A DNA stretch of 64,000 nt from Thermodesulfovibrionales bacterium. GTDB taxonomy: Bacteria; Nitrospirota; Thermodesulfovibrionia; Thermodesulfovibrionales; SM23-35. Both the position numbers and the translations under genes were made by a program. Below are positions 19,687-30,927 of the stretch, piece after piece; positions within the stretch are counted from its first letter, which is position 1; each line of letters starts with the position of its first letter. The DNA lies in NCBI GenBank assembly GCA_963715195.1, contig CAVQRT010000030.1:160001-224000 (forward strand), given 5' to 3'. The notes under the pieces are model-generated. The model did no database searches. It was not told the DNA's origin and worked only from the letters and a program-made list of their open reading frames with translations.

Positions 19687-19875
19687 TTATTCAGTATTCA
19701 AGGTTCGTATCATTCTTTCGCACACAGGACATTCGCTTGTTTCCTCTGCGCCATCTTCCCATCTTATAAATAGTATGCTTGCGTTCCAGCATGCAGGGCA
19801 AATGATATAGTAGGCCTCGCCAAAGCCTTTTTCAATGCCGTATTTCAGTGTTGACTCAACGAAAAAACATCTCAC
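19687..19875 (-). CDS. Small zinc-ribbon protein
   Basis: CPAC...CPVC; TGaTACAAT 5 nt before GTG; 15 nt upstream of the YkgJ-like gene. Confidence 0.65.
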   Translation of the reverse strand: MRCFFVESTLKYGIEKGFGEAYYIICPACWNASILFIRWEDGAEETSECPVCERMIRTLNTE

Positions 19876-20032
19876 ATCTTATTGTATCATTCAACGCCTC
19901 AGGTTGCTATACGAAGAGAGGTCGAATAGTCTGTCTTAAGCGCATTGCTCAAGAAAATCACTATGGTTTGCTTTTCCTCATAAGACGTGCTAATTTTTAT
20001 GAAGAGAGGAGGGAGCAGCAGAGTGAGGCACG

Positions 20033-20746
20033 ATGAATATTAACTATACATTTATATTGCCTGATAAAAAAGAGGCGTTAATCGAATTACTTTTGGACAA
20101 TGAAACTTTATTATTGCTTAATGATATCCCGGACAGACCCCCTTTCTGGACAGCTCTTGATTTCCACCAATGCCCGAAATGTTCTTTGAGTATTAAGAAT
20201 TATCCCCAATGTCCTATAGCTGTACACTGTGTAAAACTATTGCCAATATTTGAGAACATAATTTCCCACGAAGAAGTGGATGTCAATATCTTTACAACGC
20301 AGCGTGTCACCTTTCAGAAGGTCAGTGCGCAAAAGGCTGTCAGTTCCCTGATGGGTTTAATACATGCAACGAGTGGTTGTCCTCATACTATATTTTTCAG
20401 GCCAATGGCTCGATTCCACCTCCCATTTGCAGATTCTTATGAGACAACATACAGGGTTACCTCTCTGTATTTATTGACACAATATTTCCTGCAGAAGACA
20501 GGGAAGACCATGGATCTTGAATTTGGTGGTCTGAAAGAAATATACAGTAATATTGAGATGATTGATCAAGGCATGATCGACCGTTTACGGGTTGTCATAA
20601 AAAAAGACGTTGTTTTCAATGCTCTGACGAATCTATATGGTTTGGCAAAATTAATTCCCATTACGATAGAAGGATCGCTTGAAGTAATTCGTCACTTGTT
20701 TGAACCATACATAGATTACGTATCAACGGTGAACAGGCCACGTTGA
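20033..20746 (+). CDS. Conserved hypothetical Cys-containing protein (DUF6901-like)
   Basis: PFWTALDFHQCPKC...CP, SGCPHT.FFRPMARFHLPFA; family name recalled, not verified. Confidence 0.65.
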   Translation: MNINYTFILPDKKEALIELLLDNETLLLLNDIPDRPPFWTALDFHQCPKCSLSIKNYPQCPIAVHCVKLLPIFENIISHEEVDVNIFTTQRVTFQKVSAQKAVSSLMGLIHATSGCPHTIFFRPMARFHLPFADSYETTYRVTSLYLLTQYFLQKTGKTMDLEFGGLKEIYSNIEMIDQGMIDRLRVVIKKDVVFNALTNLYGLAKLIPITIEGSLEVIRHLFEPYIDYVSTVNRPR

Positions 20747-21025
20747 ACGGACTTTCTATCTTTAAGTATGATTGAGTTAGTTGCACATTATCTTCCTGTA
20801 ACTGAGCATTGCATATCAACACTTCCAATAGCAGATTACTTATGAAAATCAAATTGAGGTGCAAAACCTTCATTAAGAACTCCAAAACTTCGTAAAGCAA
20901 AAGGGGCGTTTACCAAGGCATTCCAGCCGAAATAGTGCGCCCTTGGCAGCGGCACGAGATCTCTCCCTCAATCCCCGGCAGACACCTTTTTCATCATGTG
21001 TCGTAATTCATGCAGTCTTGGGTCC

Positions 21026-21781
21026 CTATGCTATCCCATCAGTTATATCCAGGAGCACTTGCCCCGCGCTTTCCCTGAAAATAACCTCGGCGAGATGGTC
21101 GTATGGCGTTTCAGTGCGGTTCACAAATATCAGGTGTGCTCCTGCTTTCTTCGCCTCCCGCGGGATTGAAGCAGCAGGCTCCACCTGAAGGGATGAACCG
21201 ATCATCAGGAGAAGACCGCACCTCATGGCACAATCATATGCCTTGAGCATCTCTTGTTCGGGCATCGGTTGCCCGAATGAAACCGTTGCAGGTTTTACAA
21301 ATCCGTCACACAGATCGCAATGGGGATCGAGCTTGCCTGTGTCAAGCACGGCCTGTATCTCCTCGATGGGCCAAAGCTTGCCGCACTGCACGCAGACTGC
21401 CTTTCTGTTTGTCCCGTGCAATTCTATGACATTTGAGCTCCCTGCCTCCTGATGGAGACCGTCGATATTCTGCGTGATCAGACAATCGAGCTTTCCCATT
21501 CTTTCAAGATGTACAAGGGCAAGATGTGCCCTGTTCGGCCTTGCTGTGCGGAGTTCCTCAAACAGTTCTTTCTTCATCCGCCAGTATTCTATCCGTGCAT
21601 CCCTGCTCGCAAGAAATTCCTGGAAGGTCACAATTCTGTACCGGTCCCAGACGCCGCCGGGACTGCGGAAATCCGATATGCCTGATTCGGTTGATATCCC
21701 TGCACCGGTAAAGGCAGAAATTTTTTGTGCCTCTCTCAGCAGGGTAATGGCGTATTCGATTCTCTGGGAGTACGGATTCAT
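21026..21781 (-). CDS. cobB: NAD-dependent protein deacylase (sirtuin)
   Basis: TGAGISTESGISDFR, TQNIDGLH, ELHG, CxxC...CxxC, GSSLQVEPA. Confidence 0.92.
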   Translation of the reverse strand: MNPYSQRIEYAITLLREAQKISAFTGAGISTESGISDFRSPGGVWDRYRIVTFQEFLASRDARIEYWRMKKELFEELRTARPNRAHLALVHLERMGKLDCLITQNIDGLHQEAGSSNVIELHGTNRKAVCVQCGKLWPIEEIQAVLDTGKLDPHCDLCDGFVKPATVSFGQPMPEQEMLKAYDCAMRCGLLLMIGSSLQVEPAASIPREAKKAGAHLIFVNRTETPYDHLAEVIFRESAGQVLLDITDGIA

Positions 21782-21971
21782 AATATAAATCGGTTTTTGC
21801 AACTGGCTTTTTCCATGCCATTTAACGTAACATAATAACAGTTATAGCTTTGTCCCGCCATAGACATTGCCGATACAATCACAACCTACCATGCAATAAC
21901 CTGATTCTTTGCTGCCGCTGATGCAGTCAAACGAATCAGATTATTGTCCATGAAGAGAGAGGGCAGCATTT

Positions 21972-23765
<1,794 letters not shown>

Positions 23766-23917
23766 GGATAAAAGGAGATTGATAATAAACGACTCTTCTC
23801 CAGCCTTGCTCTATAGGGACTAATCCAAAAAGATGTGAGCCAAACCCGCCTCAGGCTGACAATCAGGAATCATATAGAGTAAACTTTGTACTAAGCGAAA
23901 GGTATCAGGAGGTTGTT

Positions 23918-25306
23918 GTGGAACGGTTACTGATAAGAAATGTTCTTTCTGAAGAGCATATCGGTAAGCAAATCACTGTCTGCGGATGGGTAAGAACCAT
24001 ACGCGAATCCAAGGGCTTTGCATTTCTTGTCGTGAGCGACGGTTCAACCCAGGATACCCTCCAGCTTGTAATCCCTAAGGAAGCACCAGCATTTCACCAA
24101 CTTCAGAGATGCAGCACCGGATCAGCTATCCGGGCAAGCGGGATTTTAAGAGAATCTCCTGCAAAAGGTCAGAGAGTCGAAATGGAAGTTTCAGAGATCA
24201 TGATCTTTGGTGAGGCGGATCCGGAAGCATATCCGCTGCAGAAAAAAGGTCACACTCTTGAATTCTTACGGGAGATCAGCCACCTCAGGCCTCGAACGAA
24301 CACCTTTGGTGCAGTCTTCAGGCTGCGCAACATCCTCGCTGCATCAATCCACGAATTTTTTCAGAGCAGGGGATTTCTCTGGATTCATACTCCCATCATC
24401 ACTGCAAGCGATTGCGAGGGTGCAGGAGATCTGTTCACGGTAACATCCCTCGATCTCAATAGTCTACAGAGAAGAGCTGACGGCGGCATTGATTTTTCCG
24501 AGGACTTTTTTGGCAGGCGAGGGTATCTGACCGTGAGCGGACAGCTTGAGGCGGAGTTCCTGGCGATGTCCCTCGGAAAAGTATATACCTTTGGTCCGAC
24601 ATTCAGGGCAGAGAATTCCAATACTACACGCCACCTTTCAGAATTCTGGATGATCGAGCCTGAAATAGCATTTGCAGATCTGCAGGATGACATGAAGCTC
24701 GCTGAGGATTTCTTCAGGTTTCTCTGCAGAGAGATCATCGAAAAAGGGGAAAAAGAACTTGCTTTTCTCGAAAGTCAGTATAAGAGGATTTCCTGTCAGG
24801 AACTTGCCAGGCTGGCAGAAACATCTTTCGCTCATATGTCCTATACGGAAGCATTAGAGGAACTGAAAACTGCGAAGGAGAGCTTTGAATTCCCCGTTTC
24901 ATGGGGTGTGGATTTGCAGTCGGAACACGAACACTATCTCGCCGATACGGTCATCAAAGGGCCGCTCATCATTACTGACTACCCGGAAGAGATTAAGGCA
25001 TTTTATATGAGGCTCAATCCTGACGGGAGAACCGTTGCGGCTATGGATGTACTTGTCCCAAAAGTGGGGGAGATCATCGGAGGCAGCCAGCGTGAGGAGA
25101 GGCTTGATGTACTCAAAGAGCGGATGCAGCAGGCAGGTATTCCGCTGGAGAACCTCGAGTGGTATCTTGATCTCAGAAGGTTCGGGACAGCACCTCATGC
25201 GGGGTTTGGACTCGGATTCGAAAGGCTTGTGCAATTCATGACGGGTATGGTAAATATCCGGGACGTCATACCCTGTCCGCGCGCACCTCGTACTATCGGT
25301 TTCTAA
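23918..25306 (+). CDS. asnS: Asparagine--tRNA ligase
   Basis: YPLQKK, HLRPRTN, LTVSGQL, FGPTFRAENSNT.RHL.EFWMIEPE, PHAGFGLGFER. Confidence 0.96.
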   Translation: MERLLIRNVLSEEHIGKQITVCGWVRTIRESKGFAFLVVSDGSTQDTLQLVIPKEAPAFHQLQRCSTGSAIRASGILRESPAKGQRVEMEVSEIMIFGEADPEAYPLQKKGHTLEFLREISHLRPRTNTFGAVFRLRNILAASIHEFFQSRGFLWIHTPIITASDCEGAGDLFTVTSLDLNSLQRRADGGIDFSEDFFGRRGYLTVSGQLEAEFLAMSLGKVYTFGPTFRAENSNTTRHLSEFWMIEPEIAFADLQDDMKLAEDFFRFLCREIIEKGEKELAFLESQYKRISCQELARLAETSFAHMSYTEALEELKTAKESFEFPVSWGVDLQSEHEHYLADTVIKGPLIITDYPEEIKAFYMRLNPDGRTVAAMDVLVPKVGEIIGGSQREERLDVLKERMQQAGIPLENLEWYLDLRRFGTAPHAGFGLGFERLVQFMTGMVNIRDVIPCPRAPRTIGF

Positions 25307-26258
25307 ACTTTTTTCGTCCCATCTCTTCGATGATAGCTGCGGCGAGTAAAGGGAACATGATTTCGTGATGGCCGGTGAGGGCATAACACGCTCCCTTGCC
25401 CATCGTAGGTCTTCTCAAAACATTTTCCTGCGGCCGGTAGTGATGGATACAATCCATATTGACTGTTGTGATATTCTCGACTTTATTCCCAAGGTTCCTT
25501 GCTATAGTCAACGCCTTTAAAAAGACTTCCGGCATGATGACGGCTGACCCGAGATTGATATATACGCCACCGTCGAGATCGGATACAACAGAGGTGAAGA
25601 GCATAAAATCCCTGAAGCTTCCTTCACCCATAGCCGATCCATCGGCATGGGGGTGCATATGAATAATATCGGTCCCGATTGCCACATGGACAGTCGCAGG
25701 AATGCCGAGTCTGCAGGCAGTTGCGAAGATACTATTATCCCTGAACTGATATGAACTCCGGGAAATCATCTCTCCGACAGACTTCCCTATGCCGTATCCC
25801 CGTTTGATTCCGTCTTTGATTGCCCTGTTGAGATGCAGGCCTGTTTCACGGGCCATTCCGAAAGTCCCGCTGCAGAGTTCCCTCGCAACATCTTCAGAAG
25901 TGGTGCCGATAAATGACAGCTCAAAGTCGTGAATGATGCACGCTCCGTTTGTTGACAAGGCTGTAAAAACGTCTTTTTGCATGAGATCGATGATGACCGG
26001 TGAAAGGCCGACCTTTATGGGGTGGGCACCCATTCCAAGAATTACCGGTTTCCTGTTTTTTCGTGCCGTTACAATTGCATGCACAACAGCCTTGAAATCA
26101 TTGACTGCAAGGATACGGGGAAGTTTATCGAGAAACGTGCTCAGGGTATCACCTTTTTCATAAGGGCGCGAGAAGGATGGCATGGCAACTTTGCTCTTTC
26201 TCTTCCTGATTGCATAGGTCTTCACACCCCTCAGTGAAACAGGTTTATAATGTTTCAT
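25293..26258 (-). CDS. Deoxyhypusine-synthase-like fold hypothetical protein
   Basis: GMGAHPIKVGL, TNGA..IHDFE, ATVHVAIGTDI, GSAVIMPEVFLKA, GHHEIM; extended -10 lies 7 nt before ATG 26258. Confidence 0.65.
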   Translation of the reverse strand: MKHYKPVSLRGVKTYAIRKRKSKVAMPSFSRPYEKGDTLSTFLDKLPRILAVNDFKAVVHAIVTARKNRKPVILGMGAHPIKVGLSPVIIDLMQKDVFTALSTNGACIIHDFELSFIGTTSEDVARELCSGTFGMARETGLHLNRAIKDGIKRGYGIGKSVGEMISRSSYQFRDNSIFATACRLGIPATVHVAIGTDIIHMHPHADGSAMGEGSFRDFMLFTSVVSDLDGGVYINLGSAVIMPEVFLKALTIARNLGNKVENITTVNMDCIHHYRPQENVLRRPTMGKGACYALTGHHEIMFPLLAAAIIEEMGRKKFRNR

Positions 26259-26720
26259 GGGATACATCTTACCATAAAATACCCCTGGCGGGATTAGTAA
26301 TTTCCCGTGCATTTCAGTGCAAAACAGCATTTACCCGAAATATATTCTGACAGAAAAGATGTCGGGCATATATCCATCAAAACATCTCGAATGAAGGATT
26401 TGCGTCTTTATTATTATGAGAGCTGAAAGACAGGACTCGAACTTTCAGTCATTGATATTTCAAATCTCAACTACCTCTTGCACTGTTTCGGAAAGCATAT
26501 TCAGACCTTTATAAGGAATTGTGCACACATAATCCAGATATGCTTGGCTGGATTTATATATCGTTTACAACTCACGACCCACCTAAGAAGGGAAATGAGT
26601 CAAGGCCTTGCGGTTATTTTCTTAAATTTGCAGCTCACATCGCTTTTGGTTATCGTAATCTATCCGCGCTGAATACTTAATCCTGATAAAACAGAATTAC
26701 CTTAAGATCAGGACATAAGA

Positions 26721-27170
26721 TCAATCTTTAGAAATGCCACGGCGTGATCGTGCAGTATCTTTAAGATATGAAGCTAATGCACTCCTTTCTTGCTGGGTAA
26801 ATTGTTTTGCCAGTTCTTTCATTGCATTTGATAACTGTTGCATCATAAGTCCACGCAGTTCATGCAGTTTTTTGGCTTCAGACTCATAAGCAGTTTCATT
26901 GAATTCAGGGGCGATCAGGATGGAAAATATCTTTTCCCTTGTTTCTTTCATTTGGTTGCGAATACCTCGATTTTCCCGACGCACTTTCCCCATAGCATCG
27001 AAGAATAACTTTTCTTTTTCTGGAGAGAGTTTTAACGAAAGTTCCGGTGGTTTTCTTCTGAAGGAATCTCCTTTTGAAAAGCGATGTGACATATCCCCTA
27101 TGACAAAGCCAATGAGCAATATATTCAAGACCAGTGAACACACAATCAATATTTTTATGTTCTTGCTCAT
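26721..27170 (-). CDS. Periplasmic heavy-metal-sensor / CpxP-Spy-like helical protein, membrane anchored
   Basis: SLVLNILLIG anchor, helical body, FTQQER (LTxxQR-like) motif. Confidence 0.75.
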   Translation of the reverse strand: MSKNIKILIVCSLVLNILLIGFVIGDMSHRFSKGDSFRRKPPELSLKLSPEKEKLFFDAMGKVRRENRGIRNQMKETREKIFSILIAPEFNETAYESEAKKLHELRGLMMQQLSNAMKELAKQFTQQERSALASYLKDTARSRRGISKD

Positions 27171-27613
27171 ATTACATCTCCTTCATCAAAGAGGAACGCC
27201 TGCAAGTGTGTTTCCTCTGTATTGTTCAAAACTAAAGACCCGTTGGGATTCGTAAACCCTATGGCAAATCCAATCGTCAATGCTAATAACATTACAAAAG
27301 AGATTACTGCTAACGCTGGCCGAGGAATATGAAATTCATCAATCAATCCCGCTATAAAAGATCCGAGGCTGAAGGGGTCTCTCTGTCTTCGTTGTAAAGA
27401 TGCTGAGATAATGCGCTGTGCAAAATTATCTGCAGGCCCTTCATATCCTCTGGCTTGCAGCAATCTTTCAAAATTGTGATGATCTTTTTGTAACGCCTGT
27501 AGCTCAGAGGAACTCTCTAATGCTTCCAAACCTAACCGCCGAATCTTTTCAGGCCACTTGTTAATATTTGCACCGTAAAGAAGAAGATATTCTTCGAACT
27601 CTTTTCTATGCAT
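27167..27613 (-). CDS. Putative single-pass anti-sigma factor
   Basis: YGANINKWP N-terminus, one TM helix, directly downstream of the ECF sigma. Confidence 0.7.
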   Translation of the reverse strand: MHRKEFEEYLLLYGANINKWPEKIRRLGLEALESSSELQALQKDHHNFERLLQARGYEGPADNFAQRIISASLQRRQRDPFSLGSFIAGLIDEFHIPRPALAVISFVMLLALTIGFAIGFTNPNGSLVLNNTEETHLQAFLFDEGDVI

Positions 27614-27626
27614 TATAGTATCCCCC

Positions 27627-28187
27627 CTAAAAATGCTGCTTGACCCTTTCCTTTAAGGTCATTTTAGCACGCATAATGAGAGACTGCAGGGCTTTCAGGT
27701 TGACCCCGAGTATCTCAGCCGCTTCCTGATTACTTATTCCTTCATAAAAACAAAGATTCAGTGCCAATTGTTGTCTTTCGGGGAGTTCCCGTATCAAACG
27801 CTCCAGCATTAACTGTTTCTGCTTCTCCTCTATCACTACTTCATGTCCTTGCTGTTTATCTGGCAGTGGCATTTCTTCGGATATAGGCTCCGGCTTTTTT
27901 TTCCTGTTGTGGTCGATACAGAGATTAAGGACAACTCTATAAAACCATGTGGTAAATTTTGCCTCTCGCTTTGGATTCCAGTTTAACCGTTTTTCCCAGA
28001 GTTTTATAAAGGCTTCCTGAACAATATCCTCTGCATCATTCTTTTCAAAAATGAGTCGATATGCAATATTGTAAAATTTCTTCGAATGGCGATTTACAAT
28101 TTCTGCAAATGCGTCGTGTCTTCCTTCCTGAATCAGTCTGATTAAAAACTCATCGTCACCTTGAGATACATTATTTCCCATGGCCAT
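27627..28187 (-). CDS. ECF RNA polymerase sigma factor
   Basis: DAEDIVQEAF, FTTWFYRVVLNLCID, LPERQQLALNL...EAAEIL; start uncertain. Confidence 0.92.
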   Translation of the reverse strand: MAMGNNVSQGDDEFLIRLIQEGRHDAFAEIVNRHSKKFYNIAYRLIFEKNDAEDIVQEAFIKLWEKRLNWNPKREAKFTTWFYRVVLNLCIDHNRKKKPEPISEEMPLPDKQQGHEVVIEEKQKQLMLERLIRELPERQQLALNLCFYEGISNQEAAEILGVNLKALQSLIMRAKMTLKERVKQHF

Positions 28188-28269
28188 TGCTGCCTTGATT
28201 GTATAATACGCCTCAAGAAAAATGTTGTGGGGGCGAATAACATTCTCTCCCCCACACACAGATAGCAGG

Positions 28270-28710
28270 TTATTTATCCCAACGAGTTCCATGCCGCCCA
28301 TGGTGACGTAGTTTAAGTGGAATTATTTCAGCCAGAATCTTACGTTCTTCCTGGGTAAACTGCTGTGCTACTTGAGCAAATCCCTCAACCATTGTTTGCC
28401 TTTCCTTCTGGCGTACCATCCGCAGGTTATTCATTTTTTCAAGGAACATCTCTTCGTCGAATATAGGTGCAGTGAGTACATCACGTATTTCTTTTTTAAG
28501 GTTCTTTATTTGTTCACGATTTTCTGCTGTTTTTTCCCTTGTTTCTTTCATGGTCTGACGAAAGAGCAGTGCTTTATCTGCCGGCAGCTGTGACAGGAGC
28601 TCATGTTTTGGTGCTCTATCACCACGTCCTTTACCCTCAAATGCAGAAGCCATAGAACATAGAGATATTACTACTATCACTGTTACCAATACTGATAGAC
28701 TCTTTTTCAT
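28270..28710 (-). CDS. Periplasmic heavy-metal-sensor / CpxP-Spy-like protein, secreted
   Basis: Signal peptide ASA, APIFDE, FTQEER, His-rich tail RHHGRH; paralog of 26721-27170. Confidence 0.75.
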   Translation of the reverse strand: MKKSLSVLVTVIVVISLCSMASAFEGKGRGDRAPKHELLSQLPADKALLFRQTMKETREKTAENREQIKNLKKEIRDVLTAPIFDEEMFLEKMNNLRMVRQKERQTMVEGFAQVAQQFTQEERKILAEIIPLKLRHHGRHGTRWDK

Positions 28711-30494
28711 TATTTCTTCTCCTTTTTCTGTCCATGCTTCTCATCTCTTCCCGGATGAGAAGCAGGTTTGGATTCCTGACGTCTGGGCTGGTTGTTGTTT
28801 TGAGCAAAGGTGACCCTTGGTTCCTGACGCTGCACCTGCCTGCTGACCTGAGGAGTGGGCTTGGGTTCCGCACGACGGACAGTTCTGGTGGATTGCGGGG
28901 TGACCTTTGATTCCTGACGCTGTACCTGCTTGCTGACCTGAGGAGTGGGCTTGGGTTCTGCACGACGGACAGTTCTGGTGGATTGCGGGGTGACCTTTGA
29001 TTCCTGACGCTGTACCTGCCTGCTGACCTGAGGAGTGGGCTTGGGTTCTGCACGATGTAAACTCTGATTCAATGAAATGGATTTTTTATCCTTAATCACA
29101 TTGACACGCTTTGGAGTTATGGCTTTATTTTCTTTAAATGCAGAAATGTTCTTGTTTATAGCAATGTTTCTCCTACTCAATTCTCTGGTTCTTTTAGTGT
29201 CCAGTGCCGCCTTTGTTGGCAAATACCTCTGATGAACAACCTTTGAAGGCAGGGGGGAATAATTAACCTGCTTCATAGAAGGTCTTCCTGCTGATACCCT
29301 CAATCCTGTGCGAAATGGATTAGCCGGTGCATTCCTCACTCTCATGTGTTTTCCCTTAACAAAGGTATCATGGTGAACAACGGTAACAGCATGAGCCACT
29401 CTGGTATTTACATAAACATTTGTTACATTGATATTCTTTATATTTACCTTTGTGACGTTAACGCTGTGCCGGCCATAATGACCATATCCATAATATATTT
29501 CACGAGGTGCAAGCGGCACCCATGATACATATGTCGGCGTATTAATCCATGCGACAAACCCAGGTCCCCAGAAAACATCATTTACTGCAGGGGGGACCCA
29601 AAACCAGCCGATTCCGACAGTGAACCCCCATCTGCCGTAATGATAGGGTGCCCATCCCCAGGGTTCATAGGAGACCCATACATAATCATGATTTCTCCAT
29701 ACCCATCGTCCGTCCCTGTAAGGCGCCCAGGTATTAACCATTATGCGGGGACTCCAGACATACCCATAATCTGGTGTATGAACCCAATAACCATACTGAT
29801 CAAAATCAGCACTGTAATCGTACAGTGCCGATGGAAGATACTTTATACTCGTACCTGTTCGTGCAATGAGAGAATCCCTGGACACATTCCAACTCAACCA
29901 GCCATCATTCGCTCTCCTGGGAGAAAGTTCAGCGTAGTTATCAGTGCTTACTGAAATCATATCCCCGGCACTAACCTTTGTGTAACCATGCTGTCCTTCA
30001 ACAGAGACCGTCCCCTTTATCACAGAGACTTCTGTGTATCCGCCTTCAGAAACATACACATCAAATATTGCTGAACTATACGCCATGGCAGAAACCAGAG
30101 GGGTATCAACCTGAAATACGGAATTTCTGGCAGCAGATCCATTGCAATGTACGTATGTTCTTCCCTGAGTTACAGCAACTTGAGTAATATCCCCTTCGCT
30201 ATCCCTCTCAAGCTTTGTGATATCCAGACCAGTGTTTTTTTCAGCACGAATATATGATCCGCCAAGGAATTGTATTTCTGACCTTCCGTTTTCAGGAACC
30301 CATATTTTGTCTTCCGATAGCAAAGGAACGTTTATTGATGCTGCTATCCATTCGTTGCCTGTATCCTGAGTCTGCACAAGGACATCGCCTTCCATCAGGC
30401 TTATTCGTGCCGAACCAATAGGACTAGCGTAGAGTGAAAAGGGTATTATCGAAACTATTGCAACCATTACTAAAACCAATACCAACCTTTTCAT
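28710..30494 (-). CDS. Secreted FecR-like plus DUF6600-like protein with disordered repeat tail
   Basis: Signal peptide, ARISLMEGDV FecR-like beta region, WAPYRDGRW...EPWGWAPYHYGRW, WVPLAP; SD AAGGAGG before ATG 30494. Confidence 0.8.
   Translation of the reverse strand: MKRLVLVLVMVAIVSIIPFSLYASPIGSARISLMEGDVLVQTQDTGNEWIAASINVPLLSEDKIWVPENGRSEIQFLGGSYIRAEKNTGLDITKLERDSEGDITQVAVTQGRTYVHCNGSAARNSVFQVDTPLVSAMAYSSAIFDVYVSEGGYTEVSVIKGTVSVEGQHGYTKVSAGDMISVSTDNYAELSPRRANDGWLSWNVSRDSLIARTGTSIKYLPSALYDYSADFDQYGYWVHTPDYGYVWSPRIMVNTWAPYRDGRWVWRNHDYVWVSYEPWGWAPYHYGRWGFTVGIGWFWVPPAVNDVFWGPGFVAWINTPTYVSWVPLAPREIYYGYGHYGRHSVNVTKVNIKNINVTNVYVNTRVAHAVTVVHHDTFVKGKHMRVRNAPANPFRTGLRVSAGRPSMKQVNYSPLPSKVVHQRYLPTKAALDTKRTRELSRRNIAINKNISAFKENKAITPKRVNVIKDKKSISLNQSLHRAEPKPTPQVSRQVQRQESKVTPQSTRTVRRAEPKPTPQVSKQVQRQESKVTPQSTRTVRRAEPKPTPQVSRQVQRQEPRVTFAQNNNQPRRQESKPASHPGRDEKHGQKKEKK
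28808..29055. repeat. 90-bp coding tandem repeat, about 2.7 copies
   Basis: AGGAGTGGGC ends at 28860, 28950 and 29040; the unit encodes RRAEPKPTPQVS(R/K)QVQRQESKVTPQSTRTV. Confidence 0.9.
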
Positions 30495-30542
30495 GACATT
30501 TGCCTCCTTTTTTTGCTTTGCAAGTTGCATCTTATATATTTA

Positions 30543-30567
30543 TACGAATAGAAATCCAAAAGTCTTC
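30543..30567 (-). promoter_or_regulatory. Candidate ECF-sigma promoter for the five-gene operon
   Basis: Minus strand GAAGAC-n15-CGTA upstream of the first gene; CGT-type -10 elements are typical of ECF promoters. Confidence 0.35.
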
Positions 30568-30927
30568 GCACTGTTTCAAAGAGGGGGAAAAGATTCTTCG
30601 TTGATTAGGGAATATAGCAATATGAAAATCTTACCGAAGAAAGTTTGTCGAAGCCTGAAGCAGGGATAAGATATCACTGGCGATGGCATTGCTGAATTAG
30701 TGCCTCATATTTATTTAGAGAAGAAACAAACGCTGATCTTCAGGAATAAAAACCTCGGCCAACCATATTTTCCCGGGACTTACATATATTACCTTTCTCT
30801 TAAAAGCTCACCTGAAAGCAGATATAGCAATTTCTTAAGACACTTGCTAAGATTAATCACGGGTAATATAAGCAGTGATACTTTCTAAGAAAATTATCTC
30901 GGCCTCTTAGTGAAAAGAGAGGGCAGC

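Noticed and set aside
20860..20960. Possible riboswitch or ncRNA (CCAAGG...CCTTGG stem)
   Set aside because: Only one weak hairpin, with no recognisable c-di-GMP or other aptamer consensus. An Rfam search would be needed.
28637..29053. 138-aa alternative-frame repeat ORF, or a CRISPR-like array
   Set aside because: This is a shadow frame of the 90-bp coding repeat. There are no unique spacers and no cas genes.
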